Below are positions 44,611 to 54,343 of a stretch of DNA of 64,000 nt, one piece after another. This DNA is from an uncultured Acidobacteriaceae bacterium. GTDB taxonomy: Bacteria > Acidobacteriota > Terriglobia > Terriglobales > Acidobacteriaceae. A model generated the notes under the pieces. The model did no database searches and was not told the origin of the DNA. It saw only the letters and a program-made list of their open reading frames with translations. Numbering within the stretch: position 1 is the stretch's first letter; every line of letters starts with the position of its first letter. Position numbers and translations under genes: made by a program. The stretch lies in contig CAVZEH010000024.1 in assembly GCA_963774255.1 (NCBI GenBank), forward strand, positions 59,610 through 123,609. The letters are read 5' to 3'.

Positions 44611-46452
44611 TTGCCGGGAGTCGTCCACATGTCAAGCCCCGGCCAGGAACCCTTCCGCGATAAATCCCCTCCGATGAGACAATGGGCGGAAGCCGGCGCG
44701 GCAAATTTCCAGAGGAGATTCTTTATCGGGATGGGTCACGCTCCATCGCCCCTCGAAGACACAGCCGGATGGAAGCCGGCGATCTGGATCTCGGGCGCCG
44801 CGCTCCTGGTGGTTGCTCCCCTGGTGTTCCGGGGCTGTTCCTGCGGACACGACTTCAATTTTCATCTGCTTTCCTGGATGGAGGCGGCACGGGCCTGGCG
44901 CACAGGGGTTTGGTATCCACACTGGATACATGCTGCGAATTTTGGCGCGGGTGAGCCGCGGCTGGTTTTCTATCCTCCACTCTCCTGGATGCTGGGCGCT
45001 CTGTTAGGCAGCATGACCTCATGGCACGCGGCGCCAGGGCTGTTCGCGCTCCTGGTTCTGCTGGCTTCGGGATGGAGCATGTACCTGATGGCCAGGGAAT
45101 GGCTGCCGGGGGAGACGGCAATCCTCGCCTCCTGCCTCTACATAGCAAATCCTTATGGGCTCTTCGTCATCTATGAGCGCTCCGCATTTGGTGAGTTGCT
45201 GGCCAGCGTATGGCTGCCGCTGGTGGTCCTGTTTGCGCTTAGAAGACGCTCGTCTATCTGGAGCCTGGGGTTGGCGCTGGCGGCGGTATGGCTGACCGAT
45301 CTTCCGGTAGCCGTCATGGCCAGCTATATGTTGGCGATGATTGCCCTGGGGATGGCGCTGGCGGAACAGGAAGCGTGGCCGGTGCTGCGGGCATTCGGCG
45401 GCATGGCGTTAGGACTGGGGCTGGCGGCGTTCTACATTTTGCCTGTGGGCTTTGAACGGAGCTGGATCCAATCGATGCGCGCACTTGAGCCGGGATTGCG
45501 CATTCAGGACAACTACCTCTTCGAGCGCACTGCCGATAGCTATCACAACCAGGTGCTGGGGACGGCGTCAGCTATTGTGGTGTTTGAGATTGCCGTAGCT
45601 GCAATTGCGGCCTGGCGCCTGCTGCGAAAAAAGCCTCGGTCAAGCGCGGCCCTGGCGATTGCTTCCCCCCTTGCGCTGATTCTGTTCTTGCAGTTCCCGA
45701 TCAGCGGGATCATCTGGAGCCATGCTCCTTTCTTAAACTTCCTGCAGTTTCCCTGGCGATGGCTCCTCTTCGTCAGCGTGGCCGCCTGCCTGCTGGTGGC
45801 GCTCGCAACCGGGCGGCTTTCGCGAAGACTCGCCACCGGCGTGGCCGTGTTGGCAATCGTGCTCGCCGGCACACTGCTCTTTTTTCAACCCTGTGACGAT
45901 GAAGATAATGTCACCGCTCAAGTTGCCGCCTTCCGCGCGGGCCAGGGAGTTGAGGGGACAGACGAGTACACCCGGATCGGCGCGGACAACTCGGAGATAC
46001 AGCAGGGTCTGCCCCTGGTCCGCGTCCTCCACGGAGCCCAGGAAGATCTCGCCGATAGCGGTCAACCCGAGAACCCCGCCTGGCGCCCCGATACAATCGC
46101 CGGCATCCCGGCGAATGTCACAGTGAAGAGATGGAATAGCGAGCATTGGACAATCCAGGTGGAGAGCAGAGCCGCGGGCTTTGCGGTGCTGCGGCTCGTG
46201 GATTATCCGGCGTGGCGGGTAACCTTGAATAGTCAAACACTTCAAGACCGGCCGCTGCGCGACGACGGATTGATGGCTGTGCCGGTAATCGCCGGGGTCA
46301 ATGCCATCGACATTCGCTGGCGCACAACAAGCGACGTAATCGCTGGACGCACCGTGTCGGCGGCTGCCCTGCTCTTCGTCGTCCTGTTGGGTATAGGGGA
46401 ACACCGGCAGCATCGCAAAGGGCAGGAAGAACCCGCCAAACGTCAGGTATGA
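44611..46452 (+). CDS. Polytopic membrane protein, GT-C/PTPS-related-like (function uncertain)
   Basis: At least 10 hydrophobic helices. GHDFNFHLLSWMEAARAWRTGVWYPHW near the N-terminus, and a soluble C-terminal domain. The start is uncertain. Confidence 0.5.
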   Translation: MPGVVHMSSPGQEPFRDKSPPMRQWAEAGAANFQRRFFIGMGHAPSPLEDTAGWKPAIWISGAALLVVAPLVFRGCSCGHDFNFHLLSWMEAARAWRTGVWYPHWIHAANFGAGEPRLVFYPPLSWMLGALLGSMTSWHAAPGLFALLVLLASGWSMYLMAREWLPGETAILASCLYIANPYGLFVIYERSAFGELLASVWLPLVVLFALRRRSSIWSLGLALAAVWLTDLPVAVMASYMLAMIALGMALAEQEAWPVLRAFGGMALGLGLAAFYILPVGFERSWIQSMRALEPGLRIQDNYLFERTADSYHNQVLGTASAIVVFEIAVAAIAAWRLLRKKPRSSAALAIASPLALILFLQFPISGIIWSHAPFLNFLQFPWRWLLFVSVAACLLVALATGRLSRRLATGVAVLAIVLAGTLLFFQPCDDEDNVTAQVAAFRAGQGVEGTDEYTRIGADNSEIQQGLPLVRVLHGAQEDLADSGQPENPAWRPDTIAGIPANVTVKRWNSEHWTIQVESRAAGFAVLRLVDYPAWRVTLNSQTLQDRPLRDDGLMAVPVIAGVNAIDIRWRTTSDVIAGRTVSAAALLFVVLLGIGEHRQHRKGQEEPAKRQV

Positions 46453-47351
46453 TGGGGCAAATGCCGGCCAACATTCACGAGTTTCTGGAGCGCGACGCAG
46501 AGCGCATCGATCGGACGTTGGATCGTCTGCTTCCCGGTCCGGAACAGGAACCAGTATCGATCCACCGCGCCATGCGGCACAGCGTATTCGCTGGAGGAAA
46601 GAGGCTGCGTCCGGTGCTGTGCATGGAAGCGGCGAGAATGATTGCCGGCCGGCTTCCCGAGGGCGTTGAGGAATTGGGGTCAGCCATAGAGATGCTGCAT
46701 ACCTATTCCTTGATCCACGACGATCTGCCCGCCTTGGACAACGACGACCTGAGGCGGGGGAAACCTACTTGTCATGTGGCCTATGGCGAAGCGATAGCCA
46801 TTCTCGCCGGCGATGCGCTGCAGACCCAGGCTTACCAGGTGCTTGCCGGGATGCAATGCCCCGCTGCGCAATCGGTCGAGATTATCGGCCGGATTGCGCA
46901 AGCTACAGGAACGCTGGATGGCATGATCGGCGGCCAGGTCATGGATCTGGAGGGAGAAGCGCATAAGCCCACGGCGGAGCTGGTGCAGGCAATCCATCGC
47001 TCGAAAACCGGCGCGCTGATCCGGGTGAGCATCGTTTGCGGCGGGATCTATGCCTGTTGCACCGCCGGAGACATCGAGCGCCTTGATGAGTTTGGCGGCA
47101 AAGCGGGTCTCGCATTTCAGATCATGGATGATGTGCTGGACGTAACCCAGGATTCCGCGCAACTGGGTAAGACCGCGGGCAAGGACGTCGCCACCGAGAA
47201 GGCGACATGGCCAGCCGTCTACGGCATCGAACAGAGCGTCAACGATGCGCGGAGATTGATAGACGAGGCATCCGCCCAGCTTGCAACCTATGGAGAGCGG
47301 GCGGACACCTTGAACGCCCTGGCGCGGTACCTGGTGGAGCGGAAGCATTGA
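46449..47351 (+). CDS. Polyprenyl (farnesyl/geranylgeranyl) diphosphate synthase
   Basis: First Asp-rich motif LIHDDLPALDNDDLRRG, second FQIMDDVLD. Confidence 0.9.
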   Translation: MMGQMPANIHEFLERDAERIDRTLDRLLPGPEQEPVSIHRAMRHSVFAGGKRLRPVLCMEAARMIAGRLPEGVEELGSAIEMLHTYSLIHDDLPALDNDDLRRGKPTCHVAYGEAIAILAGDALQTQAYQVLAGMQCPAAQSVEIIGRIAQATGTLDGMIGGQVMDLEGEAHKPTAELVQAIHRSKTGALIRVSIVCGGIYACCTAGDIERLDEFGGKAGLAFQIMDDVLDVTQDSAQLGKTAGKDVATEKATWPAVYGIEQSVNDARRLIDEASAQLATYGERADTLNALARYLVERKH

Positions 47352-47686
47352 AGAACAGCCTGACGGAAGAAGACGTTCTGAATGCGCTCAAGGATTGCTA
47401 TGACCCGGAGCTTCCGGTAAACATCGTGGATCTGGGCCTCGTATACTCCATCAAGCTGGCGCCTGACGAGGCCTCGACAGCCGCTTTTCCCCGGCAGCGG
47501 GTTGAAGTCGACGTGACCATGACTACACAAAGCTGCCCCTCGCACAGCATCATTCTCGAACAGGTGCGCAACCGCCTCTCCGGAGTGCCGCAGATCGGCG
47601 AAACCAAGATAAACCTGGTTTGGGAGCCGCCCTGGACACCGAACCGTATTAGCCAGCAAGCCCGCGAGCGACTTGGTATCGCTTAG
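47348..47686 (+). CDS. DUF59 (SufT/MIP18-like) Fe-S assembly protein
   Basis: Only a TTG (47348, after GGAGCGGA) gives a sensible start: (M)KNSLTEEDVLNALKDCYDPELPVNIVDLGLVY...TQSCP. It overlaps the ispA-like stop. Confidence 0.65.
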   Translation: MKNSLTEEDVLNALKDCYDPELPVNIVDLGLVYSIKLAPDEASTAAFPRQRVEVDVTMTTQSCPSHSIILEQVRNRLSGVPQIGETKINLVWEPPWTPNRISQQARERLGIA

Positions 47687-48374
47687 GGCCTGCGGCCCAC
47701 CCAATGGCATGAAAATGGGTTGAAGAAGGCTTGGCTGGCAACCACACCTAACTTTGTCATCTCGACCGGAGCGAAGCGAAGCGGAGAGATCTGCGGTTTC
47801 CCACATCTGGCGCAAAGAGCGCGCCAGAGATGGGGCACCCTCGATTGGTGGCGGTTTTGGATCCATACTAAAGCAGATCCAGGGTTTCCCATCCTTGCGT
47901 AGCAAGGGTGGGAAACCACAACCGTTGGCAGAGCAGGCCTCCCAGGATGATTTTCCGACAGAGCGTTCATGGGCATGCGGCCCCGCCCAAGGGGATGAAA
48001 ATCGGGTTGAAGAAGGCTTGGCTGGCAACCACACCTAACTTTGTCATCTCGACCGGAGCGAAGCGAAGTGGAGAGATCTGCGGTTTCCCACATCTGGCGC
48101 AAAGAGCGCGCCAGAGATGGGGTACCCTCGATTGGTGGCGGTTTTGGATCCATACTAAAGCAGATCTAGGGTGCCCCATCCTTGCGTAGCAAGGGTGGGA
48201 AACCACAACCGTTGGCAGAGCAGTCCTCCCAGGATGATTTTCCGACAGAGCGTTCATGGGCCTGCGGCCCCACCCTAAGGGGATGAAAATCGGGTTGAGG
48301 AAGGCTTGGTTGGCAACCACACCTAACTTTGTCATCTCGACCGGAGCGAAGCGGAGTGGAGAGATCTGCGGTTT
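47687..48374. repeat. Tandem array (~2.4 units of ~287 bp) of composite REP modules
   Basis: TGAAGAAGGCTTGGCTGGCAACCACACC recurs at 47721, 48008 and 48296. Each unit carries TTTGTCATCTCGACCGGAGCGAAGCG.AG.GGAGAGATCTGCGGTTT and CCCACATCTGGCGCAAAGAGCGCGCCAGAGATGGGG hairpins. Confidence 0.85.
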
Positions 48375-48389
48375 GTGGTGTGTAACCGC

Positions 48390-49895
48390 GGACCTTGTAT
48401 GTGGATGGTAAGCCGGGTGCCCCTCGATAAGGAAAAAGGTTTTGTCAAGGACAAAAATATCCTGAGCGGTGCGGAGCAGCGCTTGGTATAGCCAGAGAAG
48501 GTTGTTGGGACCGAAACTCTGGGATATCACCGCTGCATCACCAACGGGTAAGATCGCTCCACCCAACCATCGATACGACCGCAACTACGATCCATGATGT
48601 TTCTATGCGGACATCCAGCCGCCGCCGGGCCTGTGCGGAAGTGGGAAACGCCGGAGGCGTTTTCCAAGGCGCTTGCGCCGTCTTCTGCATAGGCCCAACA
48701 ACCTGGATGCGAGAGCACCCAATCAAAGTTACGGGCTAAGCTTCGCCCAGGGGCACCCGCGGGTTGCTCTCGACATGAGCGATCTCCGGATAGCCAACCT
48801 TGGTGCGTAGCATCCAGTAGAGTCGCACAGCCAATTTCCGTGCCGCCGCCACCTTGGCCACTCCCTTGGGCCGGCGATGGCAACGGTGTTGATACTCTTT
48901 GCGAAAACCTTCATCTCGGCGTACAGCGGTTTGCGCTGCCTCCACCAGCAGCATGCGCAGAAAGCGGTTGCCTTGTTTGCTGATGGCCCCCAATCTGCGC
49001 TTGTTCCCGGAGGTGTATTCGCTGGGAATTAAGCCCAGGTAACTGGTCAGTTGCTTGCTCCCTTCAAAGCGCGACACCTCCCCGATGGTCAGCACGAAGG
49101 CCAGGGCAGTCACTGCTCCTACTCCAGGCTGAGTCATCAGCAGCTTGGCTTGGGGATTTTGCCCGGCGGCCAGCTTCACTGCTTTATCCAATTCCTCGAT
49201 CTGGCTGTCCAATTCTTGCAGCAAGTGCAACAGGTCTTGCCGCCGCTCTCCCGCCCAGCCCGGCATAGCCAACTGCTGGAACTCCGCCAGACCTTTCGAA
49301 GTCCACAGCCGGCTCTTCTGCTGCATCCCCCGGTTCATCGCCAGGTGCTGCAAACTGTTCTTCACTCGCGTCCGCATCTCCACCAGCTTGTGCCGGTGGA
49401 TGAGCAATTGCCGCTGATCCCGGTTCGCCGCGTTTGGCGTCCACAACTGCGGAAATCGCTCCTCCAACAGCAGCTTCAGAATATGGCCTGCATCCCGCCG
49501 GTCCGTCTTTTGCTTGCGCACATAGCTGGCCCGGATCTTGGCCGCATCTCCTACCTTGATCTCATGGCCCAACCGCTGCACCAGATCGATGAACCACTGG
49601 CTGTTGCCACACGTCTCGATCCCGATTAAGGCCGGCTCCAGCAGCTCGCGGTAGAACCGCTCCGCCTGTCCGTCTGTGTGACTCAGTTTGCGCTCCTCGA
49701 TCTCTCCTGTCTCGCTCTCAAAAATTGCTACCTGTTGCCAGCTCGGATGAAAATCACAACCTATAATCTTCATAAGGCTTCTCCTGGTCCTCAGGGTTTT
49801 CGGGTCCCAACAACCTTCAAAAACTCTACCGGATCGCTGAAGCCTTTTTCCTTATCCCATCAAGGTTCGCGAAGCTAACCTGGGGCTTTTTTTGA
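48390..49895 (-). mobile_element. IS110-family insertion sequence (boundaries approximate)
   Basis: An intact transposase with about 120 nt of 5' and about 340 nt of 3' non-coding sequence. Subterminal inverted repeats GAAGGTTGTTGGGACC(C)GAAA lie at 48497-48516 and 49801-49821. It is embedded between oppositely oriented REP copies. Confidence 0.5.
48736..49773 (-). CDS. IS110-family transposase (DEDD + Transposase_20 domains)
   Basis: 345 aa: MKIIGCDFHPSWQQVAIFE...KTDRRDAGHILKLL... and LMTQPGVGAVTALAFVLTIGEVSRF...LGLIPSEYTSGNKRRLGAISKQGN. Confidence 0.9.
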   Translation of the reverse strand: MKIIGCDFHPSWQQVAIFESETGEIEERKLSHTDGQAERFYRELLEPALIGIETCGNSQWFIDLVQRLGHEIKVGDAAKIRASYVRKQKTDRRDAGHILKLLLEERFPQLWTPNAANRDQRQLLIHRHKLVEMRTRVKNSLQHLAMNRGMQQKSRLWTSKGLAEFQQLAMPGWAGERRQDLLHLLQELDSQIEELDKAVKLAAGQNPQAKLLMTQPGVGAVTALAFVLTIGEVSRFEGSKQLTSYLGLIPSEYTSGNKRRLGAISKQGNRFLRMLLVEAAQTAVRRDEGFRKEYQHRCHRRPKGVAKVAAARKLAVRLYWMLRTKVGYPEIAHVESNPRVPLGEA

Positions 49896-49898
49896 GAG

Positions 49899-50004
49899 TT
49901 GTGGAATCCCAGGTCCCAGAATCGGGACCTGGGGCACCCAGGATTTGTGGTCATCGTTTGGGAACCGCAAATCTCTCCACTCCGCCTCGCTCGAGATGAC
50001 AAAT
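49899..50004. repeat. REP family 1 + family 3 copies (inverted relative to 48330-48374)
   Basis: CCCAGGTCCCAGAATCGGGACCTGGGGCACCC, then GGAACCGCAAATCTCTCCACTCCGCCTCGCTCGAGATGACAAA. Confidence 0.75.
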
Positions 50005-50067
50005 TTTATGGTAGGTATTTCTCACCAAAGTTGAAAAACTCTAGGAGTCCCGCGGGGACGGCTGAAC

Positions 50068-50436
50068 TCATTTCTGCGCACTCTCGAGGAATCTCCTGAT
50101 ATCCGAGCCCTGCGCAGACAGCTCTTCGATAAAGCTTTCAAAGCGGCTGATGACGCGTCTTCCGCTTTCGAGGTAGCGAGGAATACTGTTCCACAGCTCA
50201 GTAGCATCCTGCGGATCTTCGAGCAGAGCGGCTGCGGCGCCTGCAATAGTCACTGCGACTCCGGCCCTGCGTTGGCCGCGCACGAGCAGAACCACCCCCG
50301 CGATCAGCGATCCCAGGGCCAAGCTGCGTGCCCAGTACCTTCGATTGCCCGAGACTTGACTTACCGTGTTCCTGAATCCTACAGCGGCTCCCCTGGTCGC
50401 GGATGCAGCCTCCTGCGCAATCTGTTCGATGGCCAT
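50068..50436 (-). CDS. Hypothetical small membrane protein
   Basis: Start MAIEQIAQEAASATRGAAVG. Central TM pair (SLALGSLIAGVVLLV / GVAVTIAGAAAALL). The upstream part of the 215-aa ORF overlaps the next gene and is Arg/Ser-rich junk. Confidence 0.45.
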   Translation of the reverse strand: MAIEQIAQEAASATRGAAVGFRNTVSQVSGNRRYWARSLALGSLIAGVVLLVRGQRRAGVAVTIAGAAAALLEDPQDATELWNSIPRYLESGRRVISRFESFIEELSAQGSDIRRFLESAQK

Positions 50437-50524
50437 AGCTCCTGATTTCCTCTCCCTATACCTGGATGCATCAGATGCAAGGAAGCATATCCTAGTGGCC
50501 TGAACCCCGCCATCTGAATGAGCG

Positions 50525-50836
50525 CTAGTCGAGATCGAACTCGCGCAGCGGTTTTCCCTCGTCAGGCGTCTCCTTGGCCTTGCGCAGCGCCTCTTCGAAT
50601 TTCTTATCGAAGAGTTGCTGCTTGTTCTTCTCCGCTTCCACCGACTGCCGGAAGATATTTTCCTTACGCTCATCGCGCTCGTGCATGGCGCGAGCGGCCG
50701 TCTCAAAATCTTCAAAGGTGCGCTTGCGAGGCGCGGGGGTGTGAGCCAGAATGGCGCGGGTTTCGGGATCGATCTTGAGAATGGCTCCGCAGTCCGGACA
50801 GGTCACGTCAAACGCGTTGCTCGATTTCCCGGTCAT
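50525..50836 (-). CDS. Zinc-ribbon protein with charged helical tail, hypothetical
   Basis: MTGKSSNAFDVTCPDCGAILKIDPETRAILAH, then a Lys/Glu-rich segment. Confidence 0.5.
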   Translation of the reverse strand: MTGKSSNAFDVTCPDCGAILKIDPETRAILAHTPAPRKRTFEDFETAARAMHERDERKENIFRQSVEAEKNKQQLFDKKFEEALRKAKETPDEGKPLREFDLD

Positions 50837-50906
50837 AACCGCGTATTTTACAGTATTTGTGCGCTACCGCGCGCCACCGGCAGGTTGTTCCCAGAACAGC
50901 TCCAAA

Positions 50907-52529
50907 TCAAAGCCAGATTGCCTTGTGACCGGGGCATTGCTGTCCCGCCTGCTCGATCAACTCTTCAATCAATCCCTCGCCGTAGCGGGATAAAAACCAC
51001 ACCGCACCGAATACCCTCTCCTGCGGATGACGTCCGGGGAACAGGTTGAGGAGAATTGTACTGGCATCGCGCCCGAGACTTTGCTCCCGCTTGAGCTCAT
51101 AGTTCGCCGCTAACCGGCGCAGGCGGTTCATTTGATAGAGCATCTTCGAGGCGGCCACATCCGCGGCGCGTCCAAGGTCCTCATTGAGAGAGCGCATGTG
51201 AGAGGTCAGCGCCTGGAGCTCGGCATCCAGAGCATTGCCTGCCGCGGCCAGCTTGCGCTTGGTCTCGACTGACATGGCGCGGGCGCCAAGCCGCTGAGCC
51301 AGCTCCAGGGGATCGCTCAACCCTGCCTCGACGATGCCGGGCAGGGACACGTCGTGCTTGATCAATAAGTCTCCGATCGCAGGTTCGATAAGCGTGGCGC
51401 TAAGACGCGGCAGAACCGGCGTGGTGCGTCCCAGAATGCGCTCGTAAAGCACTTGAGACTGGGCAAAGTAGGCAATCTCCGCGGGCCCCCCCACGTAGGC
51501 GGAAGTAGGAAGGATCGAATCCTGAAAGACCGGCCGCAGCAGCGCGTTGGGACTGAGGCGTTCCGGTTCCGCATCGAGAATGGCCAGCAGATCTGAGGTA
51601 GAGTAAGTCTGCTTGCCCGCCTGCCAATCGCCGTTCCCGATGCGCCGCAGCGGCAGGCGCGCGCCCGAGTCGCGGCTGATGAGGAAAAGCAAACTCGAAT
51701 GCGGCTGCGTCAGGACCTGAGTGTGATAACCAAAGGCTTGAAGCTGCTGGTCGCGGTCGGAGAGCGCAACCTGTAGTTCCTCCGCGCGGACGATGGCTTC
51801 GCGGAGTACGCGGCTGCCCAGCGAGTGAAACTCCCTCGACGAAGGATCGAGAACGACGAGCCCCTGGGGGGCAAATACGCGGGAGATAAATTCTCCGAAG
51901 GCTTGGCTGAACGTGGCGTCAGGCCGATAACAGCCAGCGAGATCGTCCAGCAGCGGCCCGGAGCCGAGGATCTCCGCCGCCTGCCGCAAAACCTCCTCTA
52001 TCCCCTGGCCGAGCGGGATTCGGCCCACCGGGCCGCCCGCCGAATCATCCGCGGCAAGCCGCAGCACGCGCAATTCATCCCCGGCGGGCAAGGTGACGTG
52101 GTCCGCCTCGGCCAGGTCATGGTCCTCTGACGCCAACCAGAAGACCGGCACATGAGGGTGGCCCGAGACTGAGGCCTCCTTGGCCTTGCGAATCGCCGTG
52201 GCCGCTTTCAACAGCGTGAACAGCGGACCGCCAAGCAGAGTGACCTGCTGGCCTGTCACCACTGCGCCGGCCCCCTTGCGCAGCCGATTGATGTTCTCAA
52301 GAACCGGGCTGCTTCGCGCCTCGTCCCGGCTGCGGCGATTTTCCGCCTCCAGCAGATCGCAAAGGGTAGACCGATGATCCGGCGGAAGGATGACCGGTTC
52401 CGCCATCCAGGTGGTGGAGTAGGCACTCGCCGCATAAAAGGGAGAAAGAGCGTCGCGCCGCTCCGCAAAATCGAGAAACAGCCGGCTCAGGTGGGGCAGA
52501 ATCGAGATGGGATAACACTCTGTCTTCAA
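50907..52529 (-). CDS. bshC: Bacillithiol biosynthesis cysteine-adding enzyme BshC
   Basis: 540 aa. AVVTGQQVTLLGGPLFTLLKAATAI...VPVFWLASEDHDLAEADHV matches the conserved BshC (YllA) N-terminal core, and the length matches. Confidence 0.8.
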   Translation of the reverse strand: MKTECYPISILPHLSRLFLDFAERRDALSPFYAASAYSTTWMAEPVILPPDHRSTLCDLLEAENRRSRDEARSSPVLENINRLRKGAGAVVTGQQVTLLGGPLFTLLKAATAIRKAKEASVSGHPHVPVFWLASEDHDLAEADHVTLPAGDELRVLRLAADDSAGGPVGRIPLGQGIEEVLRQAAEILGSGPLLDDLAGCYRPDATFSQAFGEFISRVFAPQGLVVLDPSSREFHSLGSRVLREAIVRAEELQVALSDRDQQLQAFGYHTQVLTQPHSSLLFLISRDSGARLPLRRIGNGDWQAGKQTYSTSDLLAILDAEPERLSPNALLRPVFQDSILPTSAYVGGPAEIAYFAQSQVLYERILGRTTPVLPRLSATLIEPAIGDLLIKHDVSLPGIVEAGLSDPLELAQRLGARAMSVETKRKLAAAGNALDAELQALTSHMRSLNEDLGRAADVAASKMLYQMNRLRRLAANYELKREQSLGRDASTILLNLFPGRHPQERVFGAVWFLSRYGEGLIEELIEQAGQQCPGHKAIWL

Positions 52530-53536
52530 AGCGTTGCACTCTTCCGTTTCAAAGCCCGCGGATTCAGTTTCTCATGCTGCGTGGAGATTCTTGAAGCGGC
52601 GCTAATTGCGCGCTTTCGATTGGCTCCGCCAAGCGCGCGGCGGATCTCTTCACGGTGTTGCGCCGGTAAAACCTCCAGCGCATAAAGGGCGAGCGAGCGG
52701 TATACATTCGTCAACATCGGATGCGGCAGCAGAGCTTCAAGATGCAGATGAATCGCTGCGCTGTCCCCGCGGGCAATCGGTCCGCTAAAACTGTTGACCG
52801 CCCCCTGGGAAAAGATATTCTTTAGCGTCGCCTGCGCGATCGGCTCAATCAGCCGGCGAGCCTGCCGCGGAGCCAGGCCGGCCAGATGCGCGGTTTGCTC
52901 CGCGGCCGCCATAAGGCTGACGAGCAGCGGAGAAGCGAGCATGCCCATGGCGTGATAAAGAGCCTTGCCTTCCCCGGAGATGGCGAAAGGACGGCCGCCT
53001 AGTTTGCGAACGATGGCGCTGAGTTTACGCGACGTGGGCTGATCTGCTTCGATCGCGAAAGGAACCCGATTCAAGGAAACAGGCGCGCGCGTAGGGAAGG
53101 TCATCAGCGGATGGACTGAGGCTATCCGCGCCCCTGCCAAAGCGGCCGGCTGAAGAACGGCGGTGCTGAGCGCTCCGCTCGAATGAACCACGGTTTGCCC
53201 TTGGAAACCGTGGCCGGTCGCTTGCCCCTGTCTGTGCTCAACCATGCGCTTAACCACCTGAGCGATCGCGGAGTCGGGTACACAGAGCCATAGAACCGCG
53301 GCATCGAGGCGGGCCCGCTCCAGAGTCGTGACCGGAAATCCGCGCTCCGAAAATCCGCCCCCCGGACCGGAGGAACGAGACACCCCGGCATGGGAAACCT
53401 TGATCACTTCGCGCATCGGTATTGCGGCCGCGCGCAAAGCATGCGCCAGCGAATTGCCCCAGTTGCCAAGCCCGACTATGGATATTCCAGGGATGGGACG
53501 GCGGCCCGGCTTCCCGCTTGTGGCGTGCTGATTCAT
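52526..53536 (-). CDS. Rossmann-fold NAD(P)-binding / DUF2520-like protein
   Basis: ISIVGLGNWGNSLAHAL dinucleotide-binding N-terminus. 4-nt overlap with bshC. Confidence 0.5.
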   Translation of the reverse strand: MNQHATSGKPGRRPIPGISIVGLGNWGNSLAHALRAAAIPMREVIKVSHAGVSRSSGPGGGFSERGFPVTTLERARLDAAVLWLCVPDSAIAQVVKRMVEHRQGQATGHGFQGQTVVHSSGALSTAVLQPAALAGARIASVHPLMTFPTRAPVSLNRVPFAIEADQPTSRKLSAIVRKLGGRPFAISGEGKALYHAMGMLASPLLVSLMAAAEQTAHLAGLAPRQARRLIEPIAQATLKNIFSQGAVNSFSGPIARGDSAAIHLHLEALLPHPMLTNVYRSLALYALEVLPAQHREEIRRALGGANRKRAISAASRISTQHEKLNPRALKRKSATL

Positions 53537-53604
53537 TCTCGTTTATCCCAGTGTGTGAGATCCGAATGGTAGGGTAAATGAAAACCACCCAAGCGAGGGT
53601 CTGA

Positions 53605-54234
53605 ATGGCAACCACGAAGGCACTGACGGCAAGCACTGCGAAACCGGCAAAGAAAGCAACCTCCAAAGTAGAAGTGATCTCATCAAAACTGAGCTACGAT
53701 GGTCCGCTCTTCCGCGTCTTCACCGACGAGATTCGGGAAAACGGTAGAGAACTTCGGCGCGAGGTGATCCGGCATAGCGGATCGGTGGTCATTCTGGCTC
53801 TGGACGATTCAAAGAACAAGCGCGATCCGCTGGTGGTGATGGAGCGGCAATATCGCCACGCGGCGGGAAAATACCTGCTCGAGGTTCCGGCGGGAAAACT
53901 AGAAGAAGATGAAGACGCTCTGGCGGGCGCCAAACGCGAACTGCTGGAAGAGACAGGCTTTCGCGCCAAGAAGTGGCGCAAAATGGTGCGCTACTTCGCC
54001 AGTCCCGGATTTCTGGGCGAGTGGATGCAAGTCTTCGTCGCCGAATCTCTGACTGCGGGCGACGCCAAGCCCGAATACGACGAGCAGATCGATGTGCGTA
54101 TGATTCCGCTTTCGGAACTGCTGCGCATGATCGAACAAGGAAAGATCCAAGACGGAAAAACACTGATCTCGGTCATGCTCTACGATCGTGCTCGCCGTCG
54201 AACGGCTTCCGTCCCGGCTCGCCCCAAAAAATAA
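53605..54234 (+). CDS. NUDIX hydrolase (ADP-ribose pyrophosphatase-like)
   Basis: Nudix box GKLEEDEDALAGAKRELLEETGF. Confidence 0.85.
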   Translation: MATTKALTASTAKPAKKATSKVEVISSKLSYDGPLFRVFTDEIRENGRELRREVIRHSGSVVILALDDSKNKRDPLVVMERQYRHAAGKYLLEVPAGKLEEDEDALAGAKRELLEETGFRAKKWRKMVRYFASPGFLGEWMQVFVAESLTAGDAKPEYDEQIDVRMIPLSELLRMIEQGKIQDGKTLISVMLYDRARRRTASVPARPKK

Positions 54235-54343
54235 GCCGAGGATTCCGTGCAAACCAATCCACCCCTTGCCGCGTCTTTAGAGAATGGCAGGTTGGACTTT
54301 CCCCCAACCTCGATCTGCTCGAAGGAAGGTTGAAGAGCCAGCG

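Noticed and set aside
47687-48374. Possible CRISPR array
   Set aside because: The period is ~287 bp with no short conserved repeat and unique spacer alternation, the units are near-identical along their whole length, and there are no cas genes in the window.
47288-48584. Overlapping ORFs of 156-248 aa on both strands across the tandem REP array (47288-48034, 47683-48153, 47967-48584 and others)
   Set aside because: They are translations of repeated hairpin modules (recurring peptides such as VISTGAKRSGEICGFPHLAQRARQRWGT). They are open only because the repeat lacks stops, and they overlap one another in different frames.
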